From assembly GCF_900232105.1 (NCBI RefSeq), contig NZ_LT934425.1, positions 210,001-242,000 of the forward strand: DNA of 32,000 nucleotides. Reading direction: 5' to 3'. The notes under the pieces are model-generated. The model made no database searches. It was not told the DNA's origin and saw only the letters and a program-made list of their open reading frames with translations. This document shows positions 9,005 to 18,356 of this stretch, in pieces (the first letter of the stretch is position 1; the number at the start of each line of letters is the position of its first letter). The DNA is from Candidatus Kuenenia stuttgartensis. GTDB lineage: Bacteria; Planctomycetota; Brocadiia; Brocadiales; Brocadiaceae. Position numbers and translations under genes: made by a program.

Positions 9005-9752
9005 TTTTTATTCTTCATACTCTGTTTAAATCGATAGCTTTCTCCATTGAACGTAAGAATATGGCTATGATGTGTTATTCCGGTCTAAAAGTGCCGACGT
9101 CATTGTGGGATCATTCATAAATTTCGTCCAATCAGCAAATTCCAGGTTGGAACTAATAATGGTCGCTCCATTTTCGTAGCGATCTGCAAAAAACTGAAAC
9201 AACAACTCTGATCCTTCTTTAGACAAGGGTAAATACCCTAATTCATCCAATATTACCAATTCGGCCTTGATGAGTCTTTTCTGTAGTCGAGACAATTGCT
9301 GCTCCGATCTGGCTTCCAACAACATATTCACCAGCTTCGCGGCAGTAAAAAACAATACGGTTTTTTTCTTCTTGCAAGCCTCAACTCCCAACGCTATCGA
9401 CAAGTGTGTCTTTCCCGTTCCTGTCTGACCTATAAAACAAATATTTTCTGATCTTTCTATATAACCACATTCACTCAGTCGAAATACCTCTTTGGCGTTT
9501 AAACCAGGAATCTCTTCAAATGCAAAATCAACAAGCGTTTTGATGAATGGAAAATTGTGCTTGTTTTATTAAATTCTTCACCCGATTCTGGTCCCGGTTT
9601 ACAATCTCCTCTTCGCTTAACGCTCTCAAATACTCTTCATACGGCTGGTTGTTTCGTGTCGCATACTCAGCAAATGATTTATGATGCTTCGAAAACATGG
9701 GAAGCTTTAATTGTTTTAAATTCAGTTCCAATATTGCATGATTCATTCGCAC
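9005..9752 (-). pseudogene. istB: IstB-like ATPase of an IS21-family element, frameshifted
   Basis: N-part MRMNHAILELNLKQLKLPMFSKHHKSFAEYA (9528..9752), then the P-loop region in another frame (ENICFIGQTGTGKTHLSIALG...VILDELGYLPLS..., ending prematurely at 9065). The expected C-terminal 'SHILTFNGESYRFKQS' is visible in a shifted frame below 9065. Confidence 0.85.
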
Positions 9753-9852
9753 TCCCTCCCCAATTGCATCAAAGAATTATAACGATTTAATGCTACATGA
9801 GGCACGTGCACATCGAGACGGGAGCTCTCAGACACATCCAGCCGCTCACTAC

Positions 9853-10018
9853 GTACTACTATCCATCAACTTCTTGTTTTTTATGCTCGTTTTTCAAAAT
9901 GCATAACCGTAAGGCATTGATTAGATGAGGATTACGTAAAGTTTGGAGCATTGGGTTTTTTGTCATTTGAATTTGTTTCGTATTTCGATATTCGTATTTT
10001 GAATTTGGTTGCGGCCAA
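9853..10018. repeat. About 160-bp interspersed repeat, copy A
   Basis: gtactactatccatcaacttcttgtttt...cataaccgtaaggcattgattagatgagg...gtaaagtttggagcatt...gaatttgtttcg...; matches 28687-28840. Confidence 0.9.
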
Positions 10019-10986
10019 AGGCCGCGCCAAGGACTACTATGTCTTAATTGAATTAATACCTGTTTGACTCCTTCCACATCATACTGCTCATACGACATGG
10101 CCATTTCTATTGCAATTCCTAACTCTTCTACCGAATAGCTCCTCAATAATTCCAACACCTTTATACATTCCCTGGCAGTTCCATATCCCTTATGATATGC
10201 ACACTCAAAAAACTTCCTGAATATTGCCGGCAATTGACGAATCGGCTTGCTATTGATTGCAGTATACGGCTTCTCCGTATATACCGAAAGATAATGCAGT
10301 GGGTCGAATATTTGCCTGCCCTTCTGATCTGTCCTTTGATGGCGGGCAATCTCTTCTCCCTTGTAACTGGCTATTACCTCCTTTATCGTTATGACTATAT
10401 CCACTTGATGGTACGCATATCTGGTTGGCACAGAATAAAATGCTCCTTCCACTGATATCAGAGAATAGTGATTGGCTTTCGCGATCGCATGTATACCGAC
10501 ATCTATCTCCTTCAACGGCAATGCACGAAAACACCTTCTCTCTTCTTCGTAACGCTCACCAACAAGCTCCCCTGTCCCATATACCTTACGCTTTGCCCGA
10601 AGACTTTTACACCACTCAGATAATTCCCGATTACATTCTTCTAAATCACGTATCGTTGGCACTGGAGAAAAACAATTCCTCCTGACGTACCCTACCAGAC
10701 CCTCGACATCTCTCTTTTGCCACCCCTTGCCTCTTTCACAAAATTCTGCTTCAAACCCATATAGCTCACGAAATGTTCGAAAATGATCAGACTCCTCTCG
10801 TAACTTCCCCCTCAGGATCCGCTTCACCGCCTGGCTTAAATTGTCATACCGTACCTTTTGTGCTATACCATCAAAATATTCAAAGGCCAATTTGTGAGAA
10901 TAAAACAACGCTTCCTGTCGTTCACTCTCAGACACATATACAAAAATATCGTTTGAGTAGATTAATTGATAACAATGCAGACACAA
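9859..10986 (-). pseudogene. istA: IS21-family IstA transposase, N-terminally truncated
   Basis: FEYFDGIAQKVRYDNLSQAVKRILRG...FYSVPTRY...HQRTDQKGRQIFDPLHYLSVYTEKP...CIKVLELLRSYSVEELG. The HTH and first catalytic regions are missing and the C-terminus runs into an interspersed repeat. Confidence 0.85.
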
Positions 10987-11414
10987 TTCTACCTCTTTAC
11001 CCTTGTAACACGCCTTTATATAACCAAAATCAAATTATATATACTCTCCTGGCGTAACTATTCCGCGAAAATAATTTAGAATTTACTTGACAGCAGAAAT
11101 GTTATAAACAAGCAATTTACCTGGTAGTGTATGTATATGTTTGTAAATGCGTTAAAAACAGGCAGCAAGATGCCGTGCATAGAGACGTGTGTGGGGTCTG
11201 TTCAGTGATAGAATTTCGAGCCTTTGTGGTGTGTTATAGAGCGAAAGAAAAGGGTGAAAAAACCTGTGGTATAATATAGTCAAACAAATCAGATTTTCGA
11301 AATTTGCTCGCCAATAATTTGAAAATTTTCAGTTAAAAGAGTAGACAATTCATCTGTATACTCGTTAATATTTTTGAAAAAACTTAAACATTTGTTTTTA
11401 AACTTCTCATAAGT

Positions 11415-13299
11415 AGTGTCTGAACGAAAACTATCTTTTTTATGCAAGATTCTTTCTCTGAGCAAATTTAAATTTTTTTAAATTGCCCCTTTTTCAACTT
11501 TTTCTTCTACGCTTTAATCTATGATACGGTTGTTTTATTCATTTCCCTCGTTTTTACCATCTTTTCATGTTCTCCGGACATACTATCCCTCATGGATTTT
11601 TATTCGAGAGTGTTTTTACGCTGCCTTACGTACTGTTTCTTTTTCTTCCCGGACTTTCTTCTGCAATATACTCCCCATCGTGTGCAAATTTGCCGCCAGC
11701 ACTCCTAATGCGCAGTATCTTTTAAATCCTTCTATCCCTTTGTCTAAGCATCTGTCCAGCCCATGATGTTCTAACCGGTTAATATCTGACTCCACCGCTG
11801 AGTGCTTGTGCCTGAGTTTTTTAAATGTACTCTCCGATTCTTCTTCTGTCTCCGCCTTATTCCTTTTTCCTTTCTTCGGTATGATCACTTTCGGTATATA
11901 AAGACTTATCAGTTCCTTGTATTCCTTCTTGTAAAAACCCTTGTCTGCACTTATACTTTCTATCTCTTCTTCACCAAACAAATTTAATAGCTTGTCTGCT
12001 AACGGCAGAATTAACGCCACATCTGCTTCTTTTTCCACTACTTGGTGATATCCGATAAACCCCCATTGGTCACTTGCTATCACCAGATTGTGGCCTAATT
12101 CCACCCTCTTATTCGCCTTCCCTTTACTCAACCATTCTGTGTGTGGTTCAAACAGTGAATATACCTTTTCCCCTACCGGTATTTGCTCTTCCTTGATAAT
12201 TCTCCTCTCTACCAAATCTCTGTGCTTCTCCAGCATCTGATAAAAATATTCCATCGACTCCAATGCCTCTTTCTGCATTTCTTCCGCACCCATTGTTAAT
12301 ATTTTTTCGTACACCGCTATTATGCTCGCACCTATCTTCTCACTTAATCTCTTTGCTAATCCAAGATACTCTTTTACTTGCTTCTTAACCGCCTCCTCTT
12401 TCTTGTTTCCACCACCACTTGCCGCTTTCGAACTACTCCTCATCAGACTCTTTAGCTCTTTCCTCCAATTCTTTACCTTTCTCCATCCTTTCCCGTTCAA
12501 TACCCCTCCCTCTATAAATGCCTCTATCCCATCAAGGCACTTCCTACCCGCATCCCACAGCAAATTCATGTCCGTAGGAAAATGTACGTTTGTCTCCACC
12601 ACATACGTATCCGTCTTTATGCGGAGCTTCTCCTCCCGTCCGTTCTTTGCCAGCCTCTGGCCTGCCTTTACCACCACATCATTAATCTTCCCCAACGTCT
12701 CCTCATCGAGCAATCTTACGTTATCCTTGATGCTTTGCAGCGAATACTTCTTACCCCTCCCAAATACGGTATCTACTCCCATTATCTGACGAATCAGACT
12801 ATGGTGATTCACCATATCTTCCAACCTGTCATAATCCGCATCTAATCCCAATCTCACCACTCCTATTACCATTATCTGCCATAACTCCATACCATTACGC
12901 CCTGTCTCTTTCTTCCCACCCTTTACCTTTGCTTCCAATACCCTGAATACTTCCTCTCGTAATTCCTCTGTAACAAATATGTATTGTAATGCCCTCAAAA
13001 TCGGCGCTAACTCATCCCTGCTCTTTTCGGGAATTTCTACCTCTGATATTGGTGTGCTTCCAAGTCTCCTTTGCGGCTCGAATCTTTTTCTCATGGCGTG
13101 GCAGTTCTCCTTTTGATGACTCTGTTTTTCTGATGTTTTGGGCGAATGTTTGTCTCTTTTCACCCCTTGGTACCCTCGCTTCCCTTATTCTACGCCCTAA
13201 GTTTAACATCTACTCACTATACTTTCAACCCTTCATGCAGATACTTTCAACCTCCTTTACCACGTATTTCAAGGCTTACAGCGTTTTCGTTCAGACACT
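11415..13299 (-). mobile_element. ISNCY-like insertion sequence, 1885 bp, apparently intact
   Basis: 17-bp perfect TIRs AGTGTCTGAACGAAAAC (11415-11431) / GTTTTCGTTCAGACACT (13283-13299); 4-bp target duplication AAGT (11411-11414 and 13300-13303). Confidence 0.93.
11616..13163 (-). CDS. Transposase, ISNCY-like family
   Basis: 515-aa ORF spanning the TIR-bounded element; ELWQIMVIGVVRLGLDADYDRLEDMVNHHSLIRQIMG and a C-terminal DDE-like region (ESISADKGFYKKE...RFKRYCALGVLAANLHTMG type). Confidence 0.88.
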   Translation of the reverse strand: MKRDKHSPKTSEKQSHQKENCHAMRKRFEPQRRLGSTPISEVEIPEKSRDELAPILRALQYIFVTEELREEVFRVLEAKVKGGKKETGRNGMELWQIMVIGVVRLGLDADYDRLEDMVNHHSLIRQIMGVDTVFGRGKKYSLQSIKDNVRLLDEETLGKINDVVVKAGQRLAKNGREEKLRIKTDTYVVETNVHFPTDMNLLWDAGRKCLDGIEAFIEGGVLNGKGWRKVKNWRKELKSLMRSSSKAASGGGNKKEEAVKKQVKEYLGLAKRLSEKIGASIIAVYEKILTMGAEEMQKEALESMEYFYQMLEKHRDLVERRIIKEEQIPVGEKVYSLFEPHTEWLSKGKANKRVELGHNLVIASDQWGFIGYHQVVEKEADVALILPLADKLLNLFGEEEIESISADKGFYKKEYKELISLYIPKVIIPKKGKRNKAETEEESESTFKKLRHKHSAVESDINRLEHHGLDRCLDKGIEGFKRYCALGVLAANLHTMGSILQKKVREEKETVRKAA

Positions 13300-13718
13300 A
13301 AGTATCATAATACTTGTTATACAATATTTTTTTGCGAAAGAATTTCCATAATCTTTCAATGAGATTTAAATTGGGTGAATAGGAAGGGAGAAATTTGATC
13401 TTTATTCTCGAATTTGCAAGGTATTCTTTGACCAACTTAGACCTGTAATATTTAGCATTATCAGAGATTATGTAAATAGTACCGGCTTGAGCATACCTTG
13501 ACTCTATTTCATGGAAAAGCTTTATTGTTGATTGAGCATTGATGCTTTCATCTTCCCGGATTGTTACTTCAAAGGTTTCTATGTCAATAGCACCGTTTAA
13601 ATTTATTCTTTTCCTGCCGGTATTAGAGGGTATTTCCTTCTTTTTGCCTTTCTCTATCCAGCAATATGCAGACGTAGAATTGTGCTGTGGATGAACTCCA
13701 TCCATAAAAAGTATCTTA

Positions 13719-13905
13719 TAGCCAAACAAATATGATTTTAGAGATTTGGCGATAAAATGGCTTTCTAAAAAACAGATTTATTTGACTAGGCATATTATCA
13801 AACACACCCCTAAATCCCCTCTTGATAGAGGGGACTTCTTATCTCCCCCCTAAAAAGAGGGGCCGGGGGTGTGTAAATTTTTCGAAAACCTTATTTGTTT
13901 GACTA
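13719..13905. mobile_element. 187-bp MITE with TA target duplication
   Basis: TIRs TAGCCAAACAAAT / ATTTGTTTGACTA flanked by TA (13717-13718, 13906-13907). Contains an internal inner hairpin (acacacccctaaatcccctc ... gaggggccgggggtgtgt). Ends match the IS630 end at 11277. Confidence 0.9.
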
Positions 13906-14561
13906 TATCTCCAGGGGCTTTCTCTTCTTTGAGTTGTTTGTAGTTTTCGATAAATTCTTTTTGTTTTTCAGGGTTTGCTTTGCCTGGAACTATTGTGGTT
14001 TTCTTGTAAGTAAAGCCTAATCTATCGAGGGTATGTACCATTCCTTCGGGTGTATAGGTCTTATTGAATGTCTGTTTTACATATTCAACAATTTCTTTTG
14101 CCGCGCTATAGTTGTTTTTCCTGATATGATCTTTTAATTGTTCTTCTTGTTCGCAAGTGAGTTTTGGCATACAGCCAACATAATTGTCAGATAAAAGCCC
14201 GTCGAAACCTTTATCTTTGTATAGTTTTTCGTAATTCCTGATTGTTTGATCGTCTAACAAGAGCGCTTCTGCTACTTCTTCATAACTCCATCCTGAATCA
14301 AGAAGAAGTATAGCTTTGATTCGGTCGGCATGACGTCTATGAGGCTCTTTCTTATGTGCTTTTTTAAATTCTATTCGGGTTTTTTCACTGAGAAATGGAT
14401 TCATGCAGAATTTAATACTCTAGAAACAATTCAAATGCAAGAAAAAAACAGATTTTTATAAAAATAAATGCTTTTTACTATATTTTTCGATTTTCTTTTT
14501 CCAACGTTTTTATTTGCTCAGCAAACTCTTTTTTCCCTTTGAGTTCTTTTTTATACTTTTC

Positions 14562-14834
14562 CATTACTTTGTTAAAAATCAACTTAGCTCACGACAAAGT
14601 CTTTGGCTTGTTGCATGGACTTTCACCTATTGGATCAAACAAAATGCTTATCTTACGAAAATCCTAGAAACGAAGCCTACTACCTTCAACGAAATCAAAC
14701 AGGCGGCCATTCCTTACTCGGATTTGCCTCTACCAACGCCTTATCAAAGAACGAAAAACTCGCCAATGACTATTTTAAATTTAAATCCAAACACTTAAAA
14801 AGAAATTGGTCACTTAATTTTTAACAAAGTAATG
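14562..14834. repeat. Inverted repeat pair (18 bp perfect arms) enclosing about 237 bp
   Basis: cattactttgttaaaaat (14562-14579) / atttttaacaaagtaatg (14817-14834). Confidence 0.7.
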
Positions 14835-14928
14835 TACGACATGTCTATACCAACAAACTATTTTACTTTTTTCAACACTTCAACCCTAAACAGAAACTTC
14901 TATTTTGTACACACCTCAAAACAGTACT

Positions 14929-17900
14929 TCAGCGGCAGGGTACAAAGCGTACCATGGTTTTCTTGTCTCTGATAACTTCTCCAAGAAGAGTAATGGTGCG
15001 GTCAATTTCTTCCATCATATTACCAAATCCCAGTGAGAAACGCAGTGCACAATGCGCCTCTTCTTCTGTAAGTCCCATTGCCAGCAAAGCGTGTGAAGGT
15101 TTAGGTGATCCGGCACGGCATGCAGAACCTGAAGAAAGGCTTATACCTTTCTGGTCCAGAGCAAGAACCACCGACTCTCCACGTATACCAGGCAAAGTCA
15201 TGTTTAAAGTATTTGGTAATAGTGCCTCTGGATTTCCGTTCATTTTTGCCTCGGCCATTAACTCTCGTATGCCTGCTTCCAACCTGTCTCGCATCCTCTT
15301 GATTCTATCCATTTCATGAATGCGCCGTACAGCCAGTTCTGCGGCTTTACCGAGCCCCACAATTCCTAACACATTTTCTGTCCCTGCACGCATTCCACTC
15401 TCCTGTTTACCTCCATTCACTAAGGGTTCCAGAACAATTCCTTTACTAATATACAAAGCACCAACACCCTTCGGACCGTATAATTTATGCCCTGACATTG
15501 TAAGCAAATCCACGCCAAGAGCTTCCACATCTATTGGGATCTTACCAACCGCCTGCACACAATCAGAATGAAATAGAACGTTGCGTTCCTTCGCTATACG
15601 GACCAGAGCTGCTATAGGATTAATAGAACCTGTCTCATTGTTCGCCATCATCACACTTATCAGGCATGTTTTTTCTGTGATTGCTGATTTCAAATCTTCC
15701 GGATTAAGCTTCCCGGTTTTATCAATTTTAAGGTATGTTACCATAAATCCATGTCTTTCAAGCCACTCGCATGTATTGATAACTGAAGGATGCTCTATGG
15801 TGGTTGTAATAATATGGTTTTTAGAATTCCAGTTTGCAAAGGCCACACCCTTTACAGCAAGGTTATTGGCCTCGGAACCACCACCGGTAAATATTATACG
15901 CCTTGCAGTACAATTGAGCAGCTGAGCCACACTCCGACGTGCCGCCTCAACTGCAAACCGAGCATCTTTTCCCTCGGTATAGATGCTCGAAGGATTTCCG
16001 TGACCATTCTCTATAAACTGCAGCATTATTTTCTTTACTTCAGGGTCAAGGGGAGTGGTGGCATTGTGGTCAAGATATATACGCTTCTCAATGTGCCGAG
16101 GCTTTACACTGGATTCTACCATGCCAGCAGTATCACAGTATTCACCGGAATCTACTTCAACTATTTTCTCTCTTTCTGTTGCCTTGGCCACGTCACACAG
16201 AAGGGTTTTATATACAGGGAAGCCTGAGATTGGATCATATCGCTGGAGATCTGTTAATTCATTTACATTGCAGTTCTGCCACTTCTCCGGTCCAACCGGT
16301 CCTCCACCACCCATATTGGCATCAATGGCGCCCTGAACAATATCATCAGTAACCAGCGCACACATCGTAACTGTACCGCGCTTTGTCATAATATTTACCA
16401 GATCTCCACTCTTAATGTTACGGGCTTCCGCATCCAGGGTATTAATCGTTACAGTCGGTTCGGGTCTTTCTTTCAGTAATCCGGATATACCATGATGCTG
16501 AGAACGGAAATCCGTGGTTACTCGCGACCCCGAATTGAAAACAAGTGGAAATTCCTCTGCAAGATCAGGCTGTGAATGAGGGCCTTCTCCCGGTTCTGTG
16601 TAGATGGGTAAAGGATCATAACCGTGCTCCTCAAGTATAGTTGAAGCTATTTCAAATTTTCCTGTTGGGGTATCAAATCCGGGCTTACCATCAGTGCGCA
16701 ATAATCCCTTTTCCCATTTCTTATACTGCATCATTACTGTAGGCGTCTGCACCGTTCCTTTTGCATGCTGAACATCTTCCAGTGCGAATCCTGAACCCTT
16801 TAATACATGCCTAAGGAGCTCTTCCTCATTCTTCGGATAAAGGTGTCCATATCCAAGTCTCCTTGCCAGTTCCGACAGGATAAAGAAATCATTGCGAGCT
16901 TCTCCAACAGGCTCAATAACCTTCTCTCTGATTCGAAAGATTGGACCATATGTCATGTATGATTCAATTTCATACATGGTAGTTGCCGGAAGGACAATAT
17001 CTGCATAAGCGGCATCTGCCGTTAATTGGCGATCGACAGATACAAGAAAATCAAGTTTATTCAATGTCTTACGCCAGACAGCAGGTTGAGGCCAGGCGGT
17101 AATGATTGACCCTCCAAGAATGATGAGAGATCGGATACGATAGGGTCTTCCCTCAAGTACAGATTCCGGTAACGCAATTGCATGAGATTCACCACGGTAT
17201 GCACTGTAAACAGGAAAGCGTTCTCTGCCCAATGCTTTTCGTACATCAGGATTGGCAATGCGATCTTCACGATTGATAGGGAAATTGTTCTGGTGCATGG
17301 TAAAACAACGCCCACCTGGCACATCAAGCTGTCCTGCAAGCGCCCAGAGAACCATTGTTGCGCGTATTGCCTGAACGCCACTGTCACTATACTCAAGTCC
17401 GCTATACATGATGGGTGAAGCGCCGTTTGCCTCTGCAATTCTCCTGGCAAGAGATTTAATTGTCTCTGCCGGCACACCCGTAATGCTTTCTACGGCATCC
17501 GGCCCGAAGTGTTGAACATATCTGGCAAGGTCATCAAAACCAACTGACCAATTTTTTACAAAGTCCTCGTCATATAATTCCTCTTCTATGATAACATTGC
17601 ACATACCAAGAGCAAGGGCTCCATCAGTACCAGGGCGTATTGGAATCCACTCCGCATCGGTAAGCTTTGCTGTCATGGTTCTTCGTGGATCAATTACGAC
17701 AATCTGCGCACCTTGCTTCTGTGCATTAACAATTCTATTAAGATCAAACGGCGGACAATCGGTAGCAGGATTTGTCCCCCAGACTACTATCATCTGGGCA
17801 TTTTCAAGATCCGAAAACATATTAATCAGCATCCCCCCCATAGTAGTATGAGGAGCAATCATAGCAAATGAAACGTAACAGAGAGCCCCCACACCAAGAG

Positions 17901-18336
17901 TATTTGGTGAACCAAATGGAAACAAAACGCTTGATGCCGATGAAACAGCCACGCCCTTCGGCTGAAAGATGTCACACATGGCAAGCTCAAAGCTTCCCCG
18001 TCCGGTATAAATAGCAGTAGCCTCCGGTCCTGACTCTTCTTTAATTTTATTAAGGTTTTCAACGATAATATCATAAGCATTATCCCAGGAAATCCTCTCA
18101 AACTCATATGTCCCCTTTGGACCCTTTCTCCGCATCGGGTAGCGAAGTCGATCTTTGGAATATACAATTTCCGCAGAGTGTTCTCCGAGCTTGCAAATCA
18201 TCCCCAGATGAGAGCTTCGATCAGGGCATACTTTATCAATCATTCCCTTCTCATCGTAGGTAACGGTAACCCAGCAGCCTGCCGGGCAGATTCCGCAAAT
18301 TGCATGTTTATCATTAATACTGCTTCTTGATTCCAT
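14929..18336 (-). CDS. Bifunctional molybdopterin oxidoreductase-like / cysteine desulfurase fusion; probable metallopterin-dependent ergothioneine synthase
   Basis: 1135 aa, single frame. N-domain: CGICPAGCWVTV...CK [4Fe-4S], GSPNTLGVGALCYVSF (candidate metal-ligand Cys), VVWGTNPATDCPP, VVIDPRRTMTAKLTDAEWIPIRPGTDGALALGM, HGISGL...DLVNIMTKRG. C-domain from about 16090 down: RIYLDHNATTPLDPEV, TTIEHPSV, MSGHKLYGPKGVGALY (PLP Lys), SSGSACRAGSPKPSHAL (catalytic Cys). Ribosome-binding-like AAAGGAAT upstream of the ATG. Confidence 0.9.
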   Translation of the reverse strand: MESRSSINDKHAICGICPAGCWVTVTYDEKGMIDKVCPDRSSHLGMICKLGEHSAEIVYSKDRLRYPMRRKGPKGTYEFERISWDNAYDIIVENLNKIKEESGPEATAIYTGRGSFELAMCDIFQPKGVAVSSASSVLFPFGSPNTLGVGALCYVSFAMIAPHTTMGGMLINMFSDLENAQMIVVWGTNPATDCPPFDLNRIVNAQKQGAQIVVIDPRRTMTAKLTDAEWIPIRPGTDGALALGMCNVIIEEELYDEDFVKNWSVGFDDLARYVQHFGPDAVESITGVPAETIKSLARRIAEANGASPIMYSGLEYSDSGVQAIRATMVLWALAGQLDVPGGRCFTMHQNNFPINREDRIANPDVRKALGRERFPVYSAYRGESHAIALPESVLEGRPYRIRSLIILGGSIITAWPQPAVWRKTLNKLDFLVSVDRQLTADAAYADIVLPATTMYEIESYMTYGPIFRIREKVIEPVGEARNDFFILSELARRLGYGHLYPKNEEELLRHVLKGSGFALEDVQHAKGTVQTPTVMMQYKKWEKGLLRTDGKPGFDTPTGKFEIASTILEEHGYDPLPIYTEPGEGPHSQPDLAEEFPLVFNSGSRVTTDFRSQHHGISGLLKERPEPTVTINTLDAEARNIKSGDLVNIMTKRGTVTMCALVTDDIVQGAIDANMGGGGPVGPEKWQNCNVNELTDLQRYDPISGFPVYKTLLCDVAKATEREKIVEVDSGEYCDTAGMVESSVKPRHIEKRIYLDHNATTPLDPEVKKIMLQFIENGHGNPSSIYTEGKDARFAVEAARRSVAQLLNCTARRIIFTGGGSEANNLAVKGVAFANWNSKNHIITTTIEHPSVINTCEWLERHGFMVTYLKIDKTGKLNPEDLKSAITEKTCLISVMMANNETGSINPIAALVRIAKERNVLFHSDCVQAVGKIPIDVEALGVDLLTMSGHKLYGPKGVGALYISKGIVLEPLVNGGKQESGMRAGTENVLGIVGLGKAAELAVRRIHEMDRIKRMRDRLEAGIRELMAEAKMNGNPEALLPNTLNMTLPGIRGESVVLALDQKGISLSSGSACRAGSPKPSHALLAMGLTEEEAHCALRFSLGFGNMMEEIDRTITLLGEVIRDKKTMVRFVPCR

Positions 18337-18356
18337 AAATATTCCTTTTACTACTA

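Larger units (their letters stand above)
11277..14404 (-). mobile_element. IS630-family element (right end not resolved), disrupted by two insertions
   Basis: TIR-like end TA|TAGTCAAACAAATCAG at 11275-11290. Transposase pieces at 13908..14404 (HTH), 13304..13716 (DDE) and 11289..11414 (C-terminus). Confidence 0.85.
11289..14404 (-). pseudogene. IS630-family transposase split into three pieces
   Basis: Reconstructed junctions are in frame: ...KEEKAPGD|KILFMDGVHPQHNS... (MITE removed) and ...KILYNKYYDT|YEKFKNKCLSFFKNINEYTDELSTLLTENFQIIGEQISKI* (ISNCY-like element removed). Confidence 0.92.

Noticed and set aside
14954-18167. Numerous ORFs antisense to the molybdopterin/cysteine-desulfurase fusion (e.g. 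15790..16227 +, 17061..17477 -, 17588..17851 +)
   Set aside because: They overlap a clearly coding, motif-rich ORF and have no recognisable domains; treated as shadow ORFs.
14929-18336. Possibility that the molybdopterin/desulfurase fusion is an artefact of a missed stop or frameshift
   Set aside because: A single continuous frame with complete motifs on both sides of a short linker and no repeat or IS sequence at the junction argues for a real fusion, though I cannot check reads.
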